A DNA stretch of 64,000 nt, from NCBI GenBank assembly GCA_963847185.1, contig CAWJYV010000008.1, forward strand, positions 224,001 to 288,000. The letters run 5' to 3'. Positions 48,344-59,123 of this stretch are shown here, piece by piece. A program made the position numbers and the translations under genes. This DNA comes from an uncultured Methanosarcinaceae archaeon (lineage in GTDB: Archaea > Halobacteriota > Methanosarcinia > Methanosarcinales > Methanosarcinaceae). The notes under the pieces are model-generated. The model saw nothing but the letters and a program-made list of their open reading frames with translations, was not told the origin of the DNA and did not search any database. Position 1 is the first letter of the stretch. Each line of letters opens with the position of its first letter.

Positions 48344-51300
48344 GTGTACATAAAAGAGATTGAGTTCGTTAATTTCAAATCCTTCGGAAAAAAAGTGAAG
48401 ATCCCCTTTTATAACGACTTTACCACTATTTCCGGCCCTAATGGGAGTGGAAAGTCAAACATCATAGACGGGATTCTCTTTGCGCTCGGGCTTACAGGCT
48501 CCAGGACTCTTCGGGCTGAGAAACTTACAGACCTGATTTACAACGGTGATGAGGCAAAAAAGCCCGATTTTGCCCAGGTTACTATTCGTTTCGACAATTC
48601 CGATCGCAAGTTACCTCTTGAGCTTGATGAAGTCGAGGTTTCAAGAAAGATCAGGCGGACAAAAAGCGGGTACTACAGCTATTTTTACTTTAACGGGAAA
48701 TCCGTAAATCTCGGAGAAATACATTCCCAGCTCTCAAAAGCCGGAGTGACGCCTGAAGGTTACAATGTGGTAATGCAGGGAGACGTTACTCAGATAATCT
48801 CCATGACTCCCGTGGAAAGGCGAAAGATTATTGACGAAATCGCAGGGGTTGCAGAATTTGACGAGCGCAAGCAAAAGGCTCTCGGAGAACTCGAGATCGT
48901 CAGACAGCAAATCGAGCGCGTGGATATAATCCTTGAAGAGGTAAGGCTCCAGCTTGAAAAACTTTCAGGAGAACGCGACCAGGCCCTGAAATATCAGGCA
49001 CTTAAAGCTGAAAAAATCAAATTTGAAGGCTATGTCCTGCTTTCTAAACTCAAAGACGCAAAGGCAGAGCTGCAGAATGTTGATAAGGAGCTCGTTGGAA
49101 AAGAAGAGCATCTTGAGAAAGTTCAGGTTCTTCTGGACGAAAGGATGCAGGAGCTTCAGGTCCTTGAAGACACGCTGGAAAAGCTTTCTCTTGAAATCCG
49201 GAAAAAAGGAGAAGACGAACAGCTCCAGGTCAAGAGAGAAATCGAAGAGACTAAGGGAGAGATCTCTCGCTGTGTGGATAGTATCGAGCTTTCGGAATCC
49301 GAACTTGAAGAGGCTGATTCGCGGCGCAGGAAAGCCTTTTTAGAAATTGATTCCACAAAGGGTAAAATAAGGGACCTTGAGGAAAAAATAGATTCAGAGA
49401 ACCTGAGAAAGGACAGTTTATCTTCAGAGCTTTCCGAGCGCAAAACAGAACGAATGTTGCTCCAGAGCAGGATTGCAGATGTAGATGCTAAATTTGCAGC
49501 GACAAGAGATGAGCTCATGGCTGCCAAAAAGAGACTTGAGGATATCAAGGACGAGAAAAACGAGCTCATCCGAACAGAAAATAGGCTTCTCGATACTCTC
49601 AGGAGAAAGTCTTCCGAACTCAGGGACATCGAAAACCAGATAAAGGATGCACAGGCGGCAGTTGCTAGCTCTGATAGCGATACTCTTTCCGTCCAGTATG
49701 AGATTGAAAAACTTTCCGAAAACATGGAATCCCTTATTCGGGACCGGGACGATATTGAAAGCAGTCATTTCAGGATCAAGGAAGATGTCAAGAAACTTGA
49801 AAGCAAGCTCCTTAAGCTCCAGCAGGAGTATGCAATCGCTGAAGCCAGAGTCAGGGCCTCTGAGCATGGAGGAAGCTATTCCAAAGCAGTGGATATGGTG
49901 ATCGGGGCTGCGCGGCAGGAAGACCTCTTCGGAATTCACGGGACTATTGCCCAGCTTGGAAAAGTGGACCAACAATATTCAACGGCTCTGGAAATTGCTG
50001 CAGGAAATCGAATGCAGGCAGTTGTTGTAGATACTGACGCCGATGCTGCCGAAGCTATCGAATATCTGAAGCGTAGAAAAGGCGGGAGAGCAACATTTCT
50101 TCCCCTCAACAAAATGAAGGACTCAAGGCGGCTTGACAATCTAAGTTATGAGAATGGAGTAATAGGATACGCAATTGATCTTATAGAATTTGATCCTGAC
50201 TTCGAGCCTGCTTTCTGGTATGTCTTTCAGGATACTCTTGTAATGGAAAACCTTGCAAGTGCCCGCCGTCTTATGGGAAAAGCAAGGATGGTAACTCTTG
50301 AAGGTGAGCTCCTGGAAAAAAGCGGGGCAATGGTAGGAGGGTCCGTCTCTTCCAAATCCGGAATTTCTTTTACGGCTTCGGAAAAGGATAAACTCATCGA
50401 GCTCGCTGACGAAATAAAGTCTTTAGATGCAAGCCGGAATGCGGTTATAACTAAACAGGACAGCATTGAAAGCCACGTTTTCGAATTGAGCCGGAAAATT
50501 CGGGATTGTGAAGCCACAATTTCACGGAAGGAACATCAGCTTGAGGAGATTGCTGGCAGGGAAGCTAAACTTGCAGAACTTCTTGAAGCTAAGCAGGCAG
50601 ACTTCAAAGCTATTGAAGATTCAAGGACTGAACTCAGAGCTGAGATGGATAGAGTTCTTGTGGTAAAAGCTGAAAAAGAAAAAGCTGTGGCTGAACTTGA
50701 GGGCCAGGTTTCAGAACTTGAAGCAAAACTTGTCGATTCTCCGCTGCCTGAGTTCAATAAAAAGGTAGAGTTTGTTGATGAAGAAATCAGGAGACTCGAC
50801 AGCAGAATCAGGGATACTGAAGCCAGCCTGAATGCTCTGCAGCTTGAAAAAGAGTATGCAGAACAGAAAATTGCCGAGGCAAAGGAACTCATCAGGGACC
50901 TGGATGAAAAGAAAGCCTCAAGGCTGGAAAAAGTTAACTCTCTTAAGTCAAAAATCAGGGAACTTGAGGAAAATCTGGAGCAAAAGAAAAGCCGGGAACT
51001 TGAACTCTCCGATGAGCTTCTAGGTCTCCAGAAAGAAAGAGAGAGCGTTCAGGCTGAACACGGAGCTGTCAAGCGCAGGGTCAGCATTGCGACAACTACG
51101 CTTGAAAAAGCAAAACAACAGGTCCTTATGCTTATAGCGACAAAAAATGCGCTTCTTGAACAGGAAAAACAGTTCCGGGAAGAAGTCCGGAAAAGAGGTA
51201 TTGAGGAGACTGACGAGGTTCCGAATTACGAAACGGTCTATATGAGAATTCAGGCAATCGATGAAGCCCTCAGAAAGCTCGAGCCCGTTAATATGAGAGC

Positions 51301-51871
51301 AATTGACGAGTACAACGAGGTTGAACTCAGGTTTTCGGACCTGCAGAGAAAGCGTGATACTCTATTTACCGAAAGGGAACAACTCCTTGAACGCATCGGC
51401 CAGTATGAACAGCTGAAGAGAGATGCCTTTATGGAAGCTTATATACATATAAATGCTAATTTCAAGGATATTTTCCATGAGCTTTCTGACGGCATGGGTG
51501 AGCTTTTACTTGACAACCCTGAAGATCCCTTTGCAGGAGGAATGACTCTTCGGGCTCAGCCCAAAGAAAAGACTCTCCAGAGAATAGAAGCTATGTCAGG
51601 AGGGGAAAAAAGTCTCACAGCTCTAGCTTTCATTTTTGCTATCCAGCAGTACCGCCCTGCTCCCTTCTATGCCTTTGATGAGATTGACATGTTCCTGGAC
51701 GGCTGGAATGTTGAAAGGGTTTCAAGAAGGGTAAAATTCTCAGGGTCAAAAGTTCAGTTTATAGTTGTTTCCTTAAGAAAACCCATGATTCAGGCTGCAA
51801 GCAGGACAATAGGGGTTACAATGCAGGAAAATAACATAACTAGCATCACCGGGGTGAGGCTTAATGGCTGA
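48344..51871 (+). CDS. smc: Chromosome segregation ATPase SMC
   Basis: GPNGSGKSN, hinge GGRATFLPL, MSGGEKS, FDEID; 1175 aa. Confidence 0.98.
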   Translation: MYIKEIEFVNFKSFGKKVKIPFYNDFTTISGPNGSGKSNIIDGILFALGLTGSRTLRAEKLTDLIYNGDEAKKPDFAQVTIRFDNSDRKLPLELDEVEVSRKIRRTKSGYYSYFYFNGKSVNLGEIHSQLSKAGVTPEGYNVVMQGDVTQIISMTPVERRKIIDEIAGVAEFDERKQKALGELEIVRQQIERVDIILEEVRLQLEKLSGERDQALKYQALKAEKIKFEGYVLLSKLKDAKAELQNVDKELVGKEEHLEKVQVLLDERMQELQVLEDTLEKLSLEIRKKGEDEQLQVKREIEETKGEISRCVDSIELSESELEEADSRRRKAFLEIDSTKGKIRDLEEKIDSENLRKDSLSSELSERKTERMLLQSRIADVDAKFAATRDELMAAKKRLEDIKDEKNELIRTENRLLDTLRRKSSELRDIENQIKDAQAAVASSDSDTLSVQYEIEKLSENMESLIRDRDDIESSHFRIKEDVKKLESKLLKLQQEYAIAEARVRASEHGGSYSKAVDMVIGAARQEDLFGIHGTIAQLGKVDQQYSTALEIAAGNRMQAVVVDTDADAAEAIEYLKRRKGGRATFLPLNKMKDSRRLDNLSYENGVIGYAIDLIEFDPDFEPAFWYVFQDTLVMENLASARRLMGKARMVTLEGELLEKSGAMVGGSVSSKSGISFTASEKDKLIELADEIKSLDASRNAVITKQDSIESHVFELSRKIRDCEATISRKEHQLEEIAGREAKLAELLEAKQADFKAIEDSRTELRAEMDRVLVVKAEKEKAVAELEGQVSELEAKLVDSPLPEFNKKVEFVDEEIRRLDSRIRDTEASLNALQLEKEYAEQKIAEAKELIRDLDEKKASRLEKVNSLKSKIRELEENLEQKKSRELELSDELLGLQKERESVQAEHGAVKRRVSIATTTLEKAKQQVLMLIATKNALLEQEKQFREEVRKRGIEETDEVPNYETVYMRIQAIDEALRKLEPVNMRAIDEYNEVELRFSDLQRKRDTLFTEREQLLERIGQYEQLKRDAFMEAYIHINANFKDIFHELSDGMGELLLDNPEDPFAGGMTLRAQPKEKTLQRIEAMSGGEKSLTALAFIFAIQQYRPAPFYAFDEIDMFLDGWNVERVSRRVKFSGSKVQFIVVSLRKPMIQAASRTIGVTMQENNITSITGVRLNG

Positions 51872-52907
51872 ACTTATGGATAACACAGGAATGGCTCTGG
51901 AAGTTCCCAGGCTCTCAGTTCATAATGTTCAGGAATCAGAAGAAAATAACTCTCTTTTTTCAGATCCTGAGACCTTCGGACTCCCAAAAACTCTTTCATG
52001 CCTTGGAATTGACTGGAATCAGCTTGATATTTCTGAGTTTGATACCTATGAACCCCTTGGTATACTGGTTGAGCTTTCCCAGAGTGGAAAGATCGATCCC
52101 TGGGATATCGATATTCTACAGCTCACTGACAGTTTCCTGGGGAGAATAGAAGAACTCCAGAAAATGGATCTCAGAATCTCTTCTAGAACGCTCCTTTATT
52201 CTGCTATTCTCCTTCGCATGAAATCATCGGTAATCCTTGAGGTAGAAGAGGAAGAAACCGATTCTCATGATTCCGATTTTCTCGATGAACTCAATCTTCC
52301 TGAACCTGATGAGTTTCCTATCCCTAAGCTTCCGGTACGCCGTGTCTCTACAAGGCCTGTCACTCTCAATGAGTTAATTCTTGAGCTTAAAAAAGCCGAA
52401 AAAATCCTCTCCAGAAAAAATGAAAAAAAGGTTCTTCAGGCTGCAGAAGAGCGTCATCTCTTTGAGAGCCCTCAGCTCACTACAGGCGATATTCTTGGTA
52501 TTGCGCACGATGAAGCTATCGGCTCCCGGCTGACACTTATGTGGGAAAGGCTTTCTGAACTGTTTATGACAGATAATGTAGTTGTTTTTTCCAGCTTCCT
52601 GGAAACAAGCGACGACAGGATTATGGACTATCTCTCCCTGCTGTTTCTGGCTTCAAACAGGAAGGTCTGGCTCTTCCAGAATGAACTTTTCGGAGAGCTG
52701 CATATATATCCGGGAGAGGGCTCCGGATTTTCCACCGAAAATAATCCTCCTGTCTTTCATGAGATGAAGTGGGAGTCAGAAAGTGAAGTTCCAGAGCTTC
52801 AAATTATGAGTTCTCCAGAACCATGTTTTGCTTGTGAAACCTCTCTGGATGAGGGGTCAGACGAAGAGTATGAAGAGACAATACTTGAGACAATATCTTT
52901 TAATTGA
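51864..52907 (+). CDS. scpA: Kleisin ScpA
   Basis: IDPWDIDI, LLYSAILLRMKS, RPVTLNELI, YLSLLFL, QNELFGEL; overlaps the smc stop. Confidence 0.93.
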   Translation: MAELMDNTGMALEVPRLSVHNVQESEENNSLFSDPETFGLPKTLSCLGIDWNQLDISEFDTYEPLGILVELSQSGKIDPWDIDILQLTDSFLGRIEELQKMDLRISSRTLLYSAILLRMKSSVILEVEEEETDSHDSDFLDELNLPEPDEFPIPKLPVRRVSTRPVTLNELILELKKAEKILSRKNEKKVLQAAEERHLFESPQLTTGDILGIAHDEAIGSRLTLMWERLSELFMTDNVVVFSSFLETSDDRIMDYLSLLFLASNRKVWLFQNELFGELHIYPGEGSGFSTENNPPVFHEMKWESESEVPELQIMSSPEPCFACETSLDEGSDEEYEETILETISFN

Positions 52908-53000
52908 AGCCTGCAGTCCAAATTTACCTTATTTAATTCACCTGATTAACAATAGTCTCATTAAATAGTAATTTTTGTTCTTTTTTTGGATGTGAAAACA

Positions 53001-54116
53001 ATGAGTGAGCTTGAAGTCATCGAAGCGGCTCTTTTTGCTGCTGGCAGGGCAGTAAGTCTCGAGAAGCTTGCAAAAATAACCGGAAAACCTAAAAAAACCG
53101 TCCTTTCGGCAGTACAGGAACTGATGGAGGCTTACTCTTCACGAAAGTCGGGCATGGAGATTCTTGACCTTGGAGAGCGTTATGTCATGCAGGTCAAGCC
53201 CGAATATTCCGAACTCATGAGAGAGGTAGCCCCAAAAGAACTCTCTGCTCCAAAACTCCGTACTCTTTCCATGATTGCCTATCACCAGCCCCTCCTGCAG
53301 TCAGACCTTATTGATATGAGGGGCAGTGGAGCTTATGATCATATAAAGGAACTTATAGAGCGGGGTTTTGTAGAGTCCATACCGTGTGGAAGAAGCAGAC
53401 AGCTCTCCACAACTTCTCTCTTTGCGGATTACTTCGGGCTTCAGAAAAACGATCCTAAGGCCATAAAGGAAAAAATCCTCGAACTTCTGAGATCTCAGGG
53501 AGGGCAAAGTGAAATCAACCTGTGGATTGGAAAGAAGACAATTGCTGTAACACCCATGTACGAATCTCTTATGGGCATGTGCGGGATTAAGGATTACTTT
53601 GTAGCTAATGCCTACTCACCTTCAAAGGAAGAGATCTCCCTTTTACTTGAGGCGGACGTGCTGGTGGTTTCGGCAGGATATTCAGACACCGTAAGGCAAT
53701 ACTGTGATGGGGAAATCCTTGAAGTTCATTCAACAACTTTTGAGGACTTGATAGAGGCGGTCTCTTTACTCGCCGAAGAACTTCCCCATGATATTAACTC
53801 TAAAATAATTGAAGACACTATTCAGAAGATTCGAGAGACCAGAGAAAAGTATGTTTCTTCCTCTGTTCTGATTAAGACCAGGGTAAAACCTGCAACTGAG
53901 ATGGTTTCAAAAATCGTACAAGATCTTTCCCTTGGGATTTCGGCAGATGGTATTCTTGTTGCTCCGGATTATGGAAATTTAAAGAGCGGAATTAAAATAG
54001 GGAACGGGGCTGAAATCCTGATCCCCACTCACCGCAGTATAGAAGGGGATCTTCTGGATAGAGTCTGTAAAAAATACGAGTCTCTTCTTGAAGGTCTGAA
54101 AAAATTTGAAGATTGA
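53001..54116 (+). CDS. scpB: ScpB with an extra ~190-aa C-terminal domain
   Basis: IEAALFAAG, TLSMIAYHQP, TTSLFADYFGL, then an additional domain starting IAVTPMY; ATG 53001. Confidence 0.9.
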   Translation: MSELEVIEAALFAAGRAVSLEKLAKITGKPKKTVLSAVQELMEAYSSRKSGMEILDLGERYVMQVKPEYSELMREVAPKELSAPKLRTLSMIAYHQPLLQSDLIDMRGSGAYDHIKELIERGFVESIPCGRSRQLSTTSLFADYFGLQKNDPKAIKEKILELLRSQGGQSEINLWIGKKTIAVTPMYESLMGMCGIKDYFVANAYSPSKEEISLLLEADVLVVSAGYSDTVRQYCDGEILEVHSTTFEDLIEAVSLLAEELPHDINSKIIEDTIQKIRETREKYVSSSVLIKTRVKPATEMVSKIVQDLSLGISADGILVAPDYGNLKSGIKIGNGAEILIPTHRSIEGDLLDRVCKKYESLLEGLKKFED

Positions 54117-54309
54117 GGCATCTGAAATCCCAACCGGCTGCCTTATCCTCCTTAATTTTTTTTGAACCACTGGCGCCTTAAATTTAAGTTTTTCTGTCTC
54201 GTTTATATTCGCTATATAAAGCATTTATATAGTATGCGGAGTATTTAACTATACCTTTATATACCGGTTAGAGGATATTACTTTTGCTTTATATACTGAG
54301 GGTTGACTA

Positions 54310-54861
54310 ATGAGCGAATCTAGCATCAAGATCGAAAACGTGGTCGCATCCACCAAGCTCGCTGAAGAGTTCGACTTAACTGTCATCGAATCCGAGTTCG
54401 AAGGAGCTGAATACAACAAGCAGAAGTTTCCTGGACTCGTTTATAGGGTTTCGGACCCTAAAGCTGCATTCCTTGTCTTTACTTCCGGAAAGGTTGTCTG
54501 TACAGGTGCAAAAAATGTTAACGACGTGCATACAGTTATAGGCAACATGGCAAAAAAATTGAACAGTATAGGAATCAAGACTTTAGAAGATCCTGTGATT
54601 ACTGTCCAGAATATTGTTGCTTCAGCAGACCTTCATACTATCCTGAACCTCAATGCAATTGCAATCGGACTTGGACTTGAAAATATCGAATATGAGCCCG
54701 AACAGTTTCCGGGCCTTGTATACAGGATAGACGAACCAAAAGTAGTGGTTCTTATTTTCAGTTCCGGAAAACTGGTAGTTACAGGAGGCAAATCTCCCGA
54801 AGATTGCGAGAGAGGTGTCGAAGTCGTCCGCCAGCAGCTTGACAATATGGGGCTATTATAA
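54310..54861 (+). CDS. tbp: TATA-box-binding protein
   Basis: Two repeats: [23 protein letters not shown] and [28 protein letters not shown]. Confidence 0.98.
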   Translation: MSESSIKIENVVASTKLAEEFDLTVIESEFEGAEYNKQKFPGLVYRVSDPKAAFLVFTSGKVVCTGAKNVNDVHTVIGNMAKKLNSIGIKTLEDPVITVQNIVASADLHTILNLNAIAIGLGLENIEYEPEQFPGLVYRIDEPKVVVLIFSSGKLVVTGGKSPEDCERGVEVVRQQLDNMGLL

Positions 54862-54999
54862 GACCTCGTCGTGTACATTTGTACATTAATACATGCCTTT
54901 TAAGGTTCTATTCTTACGGAACAGAAGACTAAAGAAATATTGTTATAAAACGGATTCTGCGATACGCGTAGAGGTTCCGATAAAGGATATGTGTGAAAC

Positions 55000-55905
55000 G
55001 TGAACAGCGCAGAAGTTTGCATTCTTATTCCCACTCTAAACGAAGCTTCAACAATAGGGCAGCTTATCAAAGATTTCAGGGAAGAAGGCTTTTTTAATAT
55101 TCTTGTGATTGATGGTAACAGCAGGGATGGCACAGGAAAAATTGCGGAAGCCGAAGGCGCAAAAGTTGTTATGCAGATAGGAAGGGGTAAAGGACAGGCA
55201 ATGATCCAGGCCTTCGGACTCATAGAAAGCCCTTATGTAATAATGGTTGATGGGGATGGAACATATCTTGCCAGAGATGCTCCTTCTCTTCTCGAACCTA
55301 TTCTGGAAGGCAGAGCCGATCATGTTATAGGTAATCGACTTCAGAAATATTCTAAAGGAGCTTTTACAAAGCTTAACCTTGTGGGTAATCGTTTAATAAA
55401 CATGCTTTTTGACATTGCTTATGGGGTACATTTGAAAGATATTCTCTCGGGTTATAGGGCTTTTACTCTGCAGAGCATAAAAGAGTTAGAACTAAACAAG
55501 ACAGGTTTCGAAATCGAGACTGAGATCTCTGTGGAATGTATCCTGAAAGAACAGAGAGTTGAAGAAGTTCCTATTACCTATCTCCCAAGGAGTGAAAAAG
55601 GCGCAACCAAGCTAAACCCGGTAAAAGACGGATTAAGAATCGGATCTACTATTTACATGCTTGCAAAAGTTCATAACCCAATGTTCTATTTCGGAATAAT
55701 AGGTTCCATTTTTGTCCTGTCAGGTCTGATTACCGGAACTTATGTTGTCATTGAGTGGTTTAGGGAAATTACACATATTCCACTTTCTATTCTTACAACC
55801 CTGTTAATCATTTTCGGTTTGCAGATGTTTATCTTCGGGATGCTCAGCGACCTTATAGTAACTCTGCATAAGCAAACAATTAGATTAATTCAGGAAAAAA
55901 AATAA
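55000..55905 (+). CDS. aglJ: GT2 dolichol-phosphate glycosyltransferase AglJ
   Basis: LIPTLNEA, IDGNSRDGT, DGDGTY, DILSGYRAF, GFEIETE, two C-terminal TMs. Confidence 0.85.
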   Translation: MNSAEVCILIPTLNEASTIGQLIKDFREEGFFNILVIDGNSRDGTGKIAEAEGAKVVMQIGRGKGQAMIQAFGLIESPYVIMVDGDGTYLARDAPSLLEPILEGRADHVIGNRLQKYSKGAFTKLNLVGNRLINMLFDIAYGVHLKDILSGYRAFTLQSIKELELNKTGFEIETEISVECILKEQRVEEVPITYLPRSEKGATKLNPVKDGLRIGSTIYMLAKVHNPMFYFGIIGSIFVLSGLITGTYVVIEWFREITHIPLSILTTLLIIFGLQMFIFGMLSDLIVTLHKQTIRLIQEKK

Positions 55906-56344
55906 TTCGGAAAAACAAAGAAAAGTCTACATTATACAGTTTTCCTTAAGCTGGAAAATCTCTACTTATTTCTAGGCTAATATTTTTCAAGTTTTCAGTC
56001 CCATTCTACACTTTTCCGTTTTTTATTTGATTTTTATTAGGTTTTGACTATTTTTCCTCTTTGCTTATTTTTATTCTATATTTTTGGTATAACACAACTT
56101 TACTTGTTTCGAACTCCATTCAATAGTTAATTCCTTTATAAAAAATTTATTTTAATCTTGGCTCTTATAATTTTCGGCATTCTTTGACATCTAAGTAAAG
56201 TAAAATTGATTTAGGTTAAAGTTAATTTTTTAATAAGTATTATATATAATTAAAAGCCTTTATGTTCTAACTCACATTTACTTTACTTACATACTACTCT
56301 CACAAGAGAATTTTACAAACAAATGAAAGCTTGAGGTACTAAAG

Positions 56345-57631
56345 ATGACAATTGTGGAAGATGCCCAAAAAGGAATAATCACTGAAGAGATGAAGATTGT
56401 TGCAAAGGATGAAGGACTCGACCCTGAATTTGTCCGCCGTGGTATTGCAGCCGGCAGAATCGTTATCCCAACCTCTCCTTACAGGCAGGTAAAGCTCTGT
56501 GGTATCGGAGAAGGACTCAGGACCAAAGTCAACGCATCCATCGGTGTATCCTCAGATATCGTTGATTCAGATATGGAGGTCAAAAAGGCAATTGCGGCCG
56601 AAAAAGCAGGCGCAGACACTCTTATGGAACTCGGAACCGGTGGAGATTTCCTTGCAATCAGGAAAAAAGTCATTGACAGTATCTCCCTCTCTGTAGGTTC
56701 AGTGCCTCTTTACCAGGCTTTTATTGAAGCTGCAAGGAAGTACGGTTCAATTGTGCACATGACTGAAGAAGAGCTCTTCAAGGCAACCGAAGACCAGGCA
56801 AAGCTCGGAACCAACTTCATGGCAATCCACACAGGAATCAACAATATAACCATGGACAGACTCAAAGCCCATGGCAGGTATGGCGGTCTCTGTTCCCGTG
56901 GTGGTGCCTTCATGACTTCCTGGATGCTCCACAACGAAAAAGAAAATCCACTCTATGCCAACTTTGATTACCTTGTTGAAATTCTCAAGGAACACGAAGT
57001 TGTACTTTCTACAGGAAATGGAATGCGTGCAGGTGCAGTTCACGACGCAACTGACCGTGCCCAGATCCAGGAACTCATCATCAACGCCGAACTGGCCGAC
57101 AAAGCACACAAGCAGGGCTTACAGGTTATTGTCGAAGGTCCAGGTCACGTTCCACTCGACCAGATTGCAACCAACGTGAAACTCATGAAGGAAATGAGCG
57201 GCCACAAACCTTTCTACATGCTCGGCCCGCTTGTAACTGACATCGCACCCGGCTATGACCACATTGTAACCGCAATCGGAGCATCCGTATCTGCATCATA
57301 CGGCTGTGACTTCCTCTGCTACGTGACCCCTGCAGAACACCTTGCCCTTCCAAACCTCGAAGATGTCATTACTGGGGTCAAGACCTCCAGGATTGCAGCT
57401 CACGTAGGTGATATGGTAAAGTACCCTGACAGAGCAAGAGAACAGGACCTCGCGATGGGCAGGGCAAGAAGAGAACTTGACTGGGAAAAGATGTACTCCC
57501 TTGCAATCGACCCACAGCATGCAAGAGAAGTCAGGGCCAGCAGGGCACCTGAAGACACCGATGCCTGTACAATGTGCGGTAACTACTGCGCTCTGAAGAT
57601 TGTCAACCAGAACTATAACCTTGCAAAATAA
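56345..57631 (+). CDS. thiC: ThiC-family radical SAM enzyme (phosphomethylpyrimidine synthase or Bza-like paralogue)
   Basis: TKVNASIG, SRGGA, EGPGH, YVTPAEHL, C-terminal CTMCGNYC. Confidence 0.85.
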   Translation: MTIVEDAQKGIITEEMKIVAKDEGLDPEFVRRGIAAGRIVIPTSPYRQVKLCGIGEGLRTKVNASIGVSSDIVDSDMEVKKAIAAEKAGADTLMELGTGGDFLAIRKKVIDSISLSVGSVPLYQAFIEAARKYGSIVHMTEEELFKATEDQAKLGTNFMAIHTGINNITMDRLKAHGRYGGLCSRGGAFMTSWMLHNEKENPLYANFDYLVEILKEHEVVLSTGNGMRAGAVHDATDRAQIQELIINAELADKAHKQGLQVIVEGPGHVPLDQIATNVKLMKEMSGHKPFYMLGPLVTDIAPGYDHIVTAIGASVSASYGCDFLCYVTPAEHLALPNLEDVITGVKTSRIAAHVGDMVKYPDRAREQDLAMGRARRELDWEKMYSLAIDPQHAREVRASRAPEDTDACTMCGNYCALKIVNQNYNLAK

Positions 57632-57651
57632 GCAGGTGAATAAACTAACAG

Positions 57652-57690
57652 AGTAAGGTCTTCGGGCTTTACTTATTTCACCCTTTTTTA
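57652..57690 (+). terminator. C(UUCG)G hairpin plus U-rich tract after thiC
   Basis: AGTAAGGTC-TTCG-GGCTTTACT then T-rich sequence. Confidence 0.65.
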
Positions 57691-57753
57691 GCTACTTTAT
57701 TTTGTTATTGCTTTTTCACTAAGGGATTGTTTATTTTCACTTTCTTTTACTCA

Positions 57754-58894
57754 TAGGACTTACGCGGTTGAAGCACTTTTGTAAATCATATTAAAATACA
57801 TCTTTTAATATAATATATGCAATATAATCAAAAAAAATCTTTGAGTTGAATTAAATAAATCCTGCTAAATGCACTGAACTTGATTATATCAACTTTCTCA
57901 TTGCTTCTTCTCGCGTCTTCAGCTGTACTGAAGCTTCTAAGTGCAGTTTTATAGACTCTAATAGTCCATCTCATGACTCTTTTTCTCGTCTTCTTCTAAG
58001 GCAGCCTCCGGAAACGGAGGCTTTATGGGACGAAGTCAAGACTTTTGTCATTCCTGAAACTGGCTTTCTTATTATCGATGATACTGTTCTCGATAAACCT
58101 TATTCCAAACACATCGATCTTGTTTACAGGCAATGGAGTGGTAAACATCATCAGATTGTAAATGGAATCAATCTTGAAACCGTTGTCTGGACATATAATG
58201 ATGCTATAATTCCTGTTGACTTTAGAATTTACGATATAGATACTGACGGAAAAACAAAAAATGATCACTTCCTTGACATGCTAAATAAGGCAGAAGAACG
58301 TGGTTTTAGACCAGAATTTGTTCTTTTTGATACATGGTATTCAAGCATAAAGAATCTCAAAGACATCAGGAAAAAAGGATGGCACTGGTTAACAAGGTTG
58401 AAGAAAAACCGGTTAGTTAACCCTGATAAGACTGGTAATGTAGCAATTGAATTGTTAACTATTCCACCAGAAGGAATGACAGTTCATCTGAAAGAATATG
58501 GCTTTATTAAGGTATTTTGGATAGTTTCCAAGGACGGAGACGCGCAATACTGGGCTACAGATGTACTGGATATGAAAGAAGAAAAAAGGAAAGAGTTAGG
58601 GAAAAAAGCCTGGAAAATTGAAGAGTATCATAGGGGAATAAAACAGTTTTGTGGAGTAGAACGCTGTCAGGCAAGAAGAAACAATGTGCAGAGAGCACAT
58701 ATTATGATGGCAATAAGAGCATTTCTAAGATTTGAAATTCAAAGGATAAAAACAGGAGTTACATGGTTTGAAACAAAGTGGAACATTACAAGAAATGCTG
58801 TTAGTCAATTTTTAAAAAAGCCAATCTATACCTTAACCTAAATATCGAAAAAATTAAAAAGTTGCCTGCAAAGCAGGCAAATGCGTAAGTCCTA
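57754..58894 (+). mobile_element. IS701-family insertion sequence (1141 bp)
   Basis: Perfect 12-bp TIR TAGGACTTACGC/GCGTAAGTCCTA; 5-bp direct repeat ACTCA at 57749-57753 and 58895-58899. Confidence 0.92.
57855..58841 (+). CDS. IS701-family DDE transposase (328 aa, ATA start)
   Basis: Frame open from ATA 57855 (NPAKCTELDYINFL..SHDSFSR..IIDDTVLDKPY..FDTWYS..WKIEEYHRGIKQ); in-frame TAA immediately upstream; the ORF track started it at 58278. Confidence 0.88.
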   Translation: MNPAKCTELDYINFLIASSRVFSCTEASKCSFIDSNSPSHDSFSRLLLRQPPETEALWDEVKTFVIPETGFLIIDDTVLDKPYSKHIDLVYRQWSGKHHQIVNGINLETVVWTYNDAIIPVDFRIYDIDTDGKTKNDHFLDMLNKAEERGFRPEFVLFDTWYSSIKNLKDIRKKGWHWLTRLKKNRLVNPDKTGNVAIELLTIPPEGMTVHLKEYGFIKVFWIVSKDGDAQYWATDVLDMKEEKRKELGKKAWKIEEYHRGIKQFCGVERCQARRNNVQRAHIMMAIRAFLRFEIQRIKTGVTWFETKWNITRNAVSQFLKKPIYTLT

Positions 58895-59123
58895 ACTCAA
58901 ATACTTTTTATTTTATCTTTTTCTTCTTTCCATTTTGTCTAAGGCACTTTTTGTATTTTCCTGCGGTTTCACTTATCCTTTTTTGACAGTTTAAAATCGA
59001 TAGATTTTTACATCATTGTATTAAAAATATCAAAAGTTATTTTCCTATGATTTTTTGAAGCGTTGGGAAGTTTCATGCCAAATCTAGATGGATACTTGAA
59101 ATTCTTGGAAGGGTAGAGGTTTT

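Noticed and set aside
55906-56344. TPP riboswitch upstream of thiC
   Set aside because: AT-rich region with no CTGAGA/ACCTG core or supporting stems.
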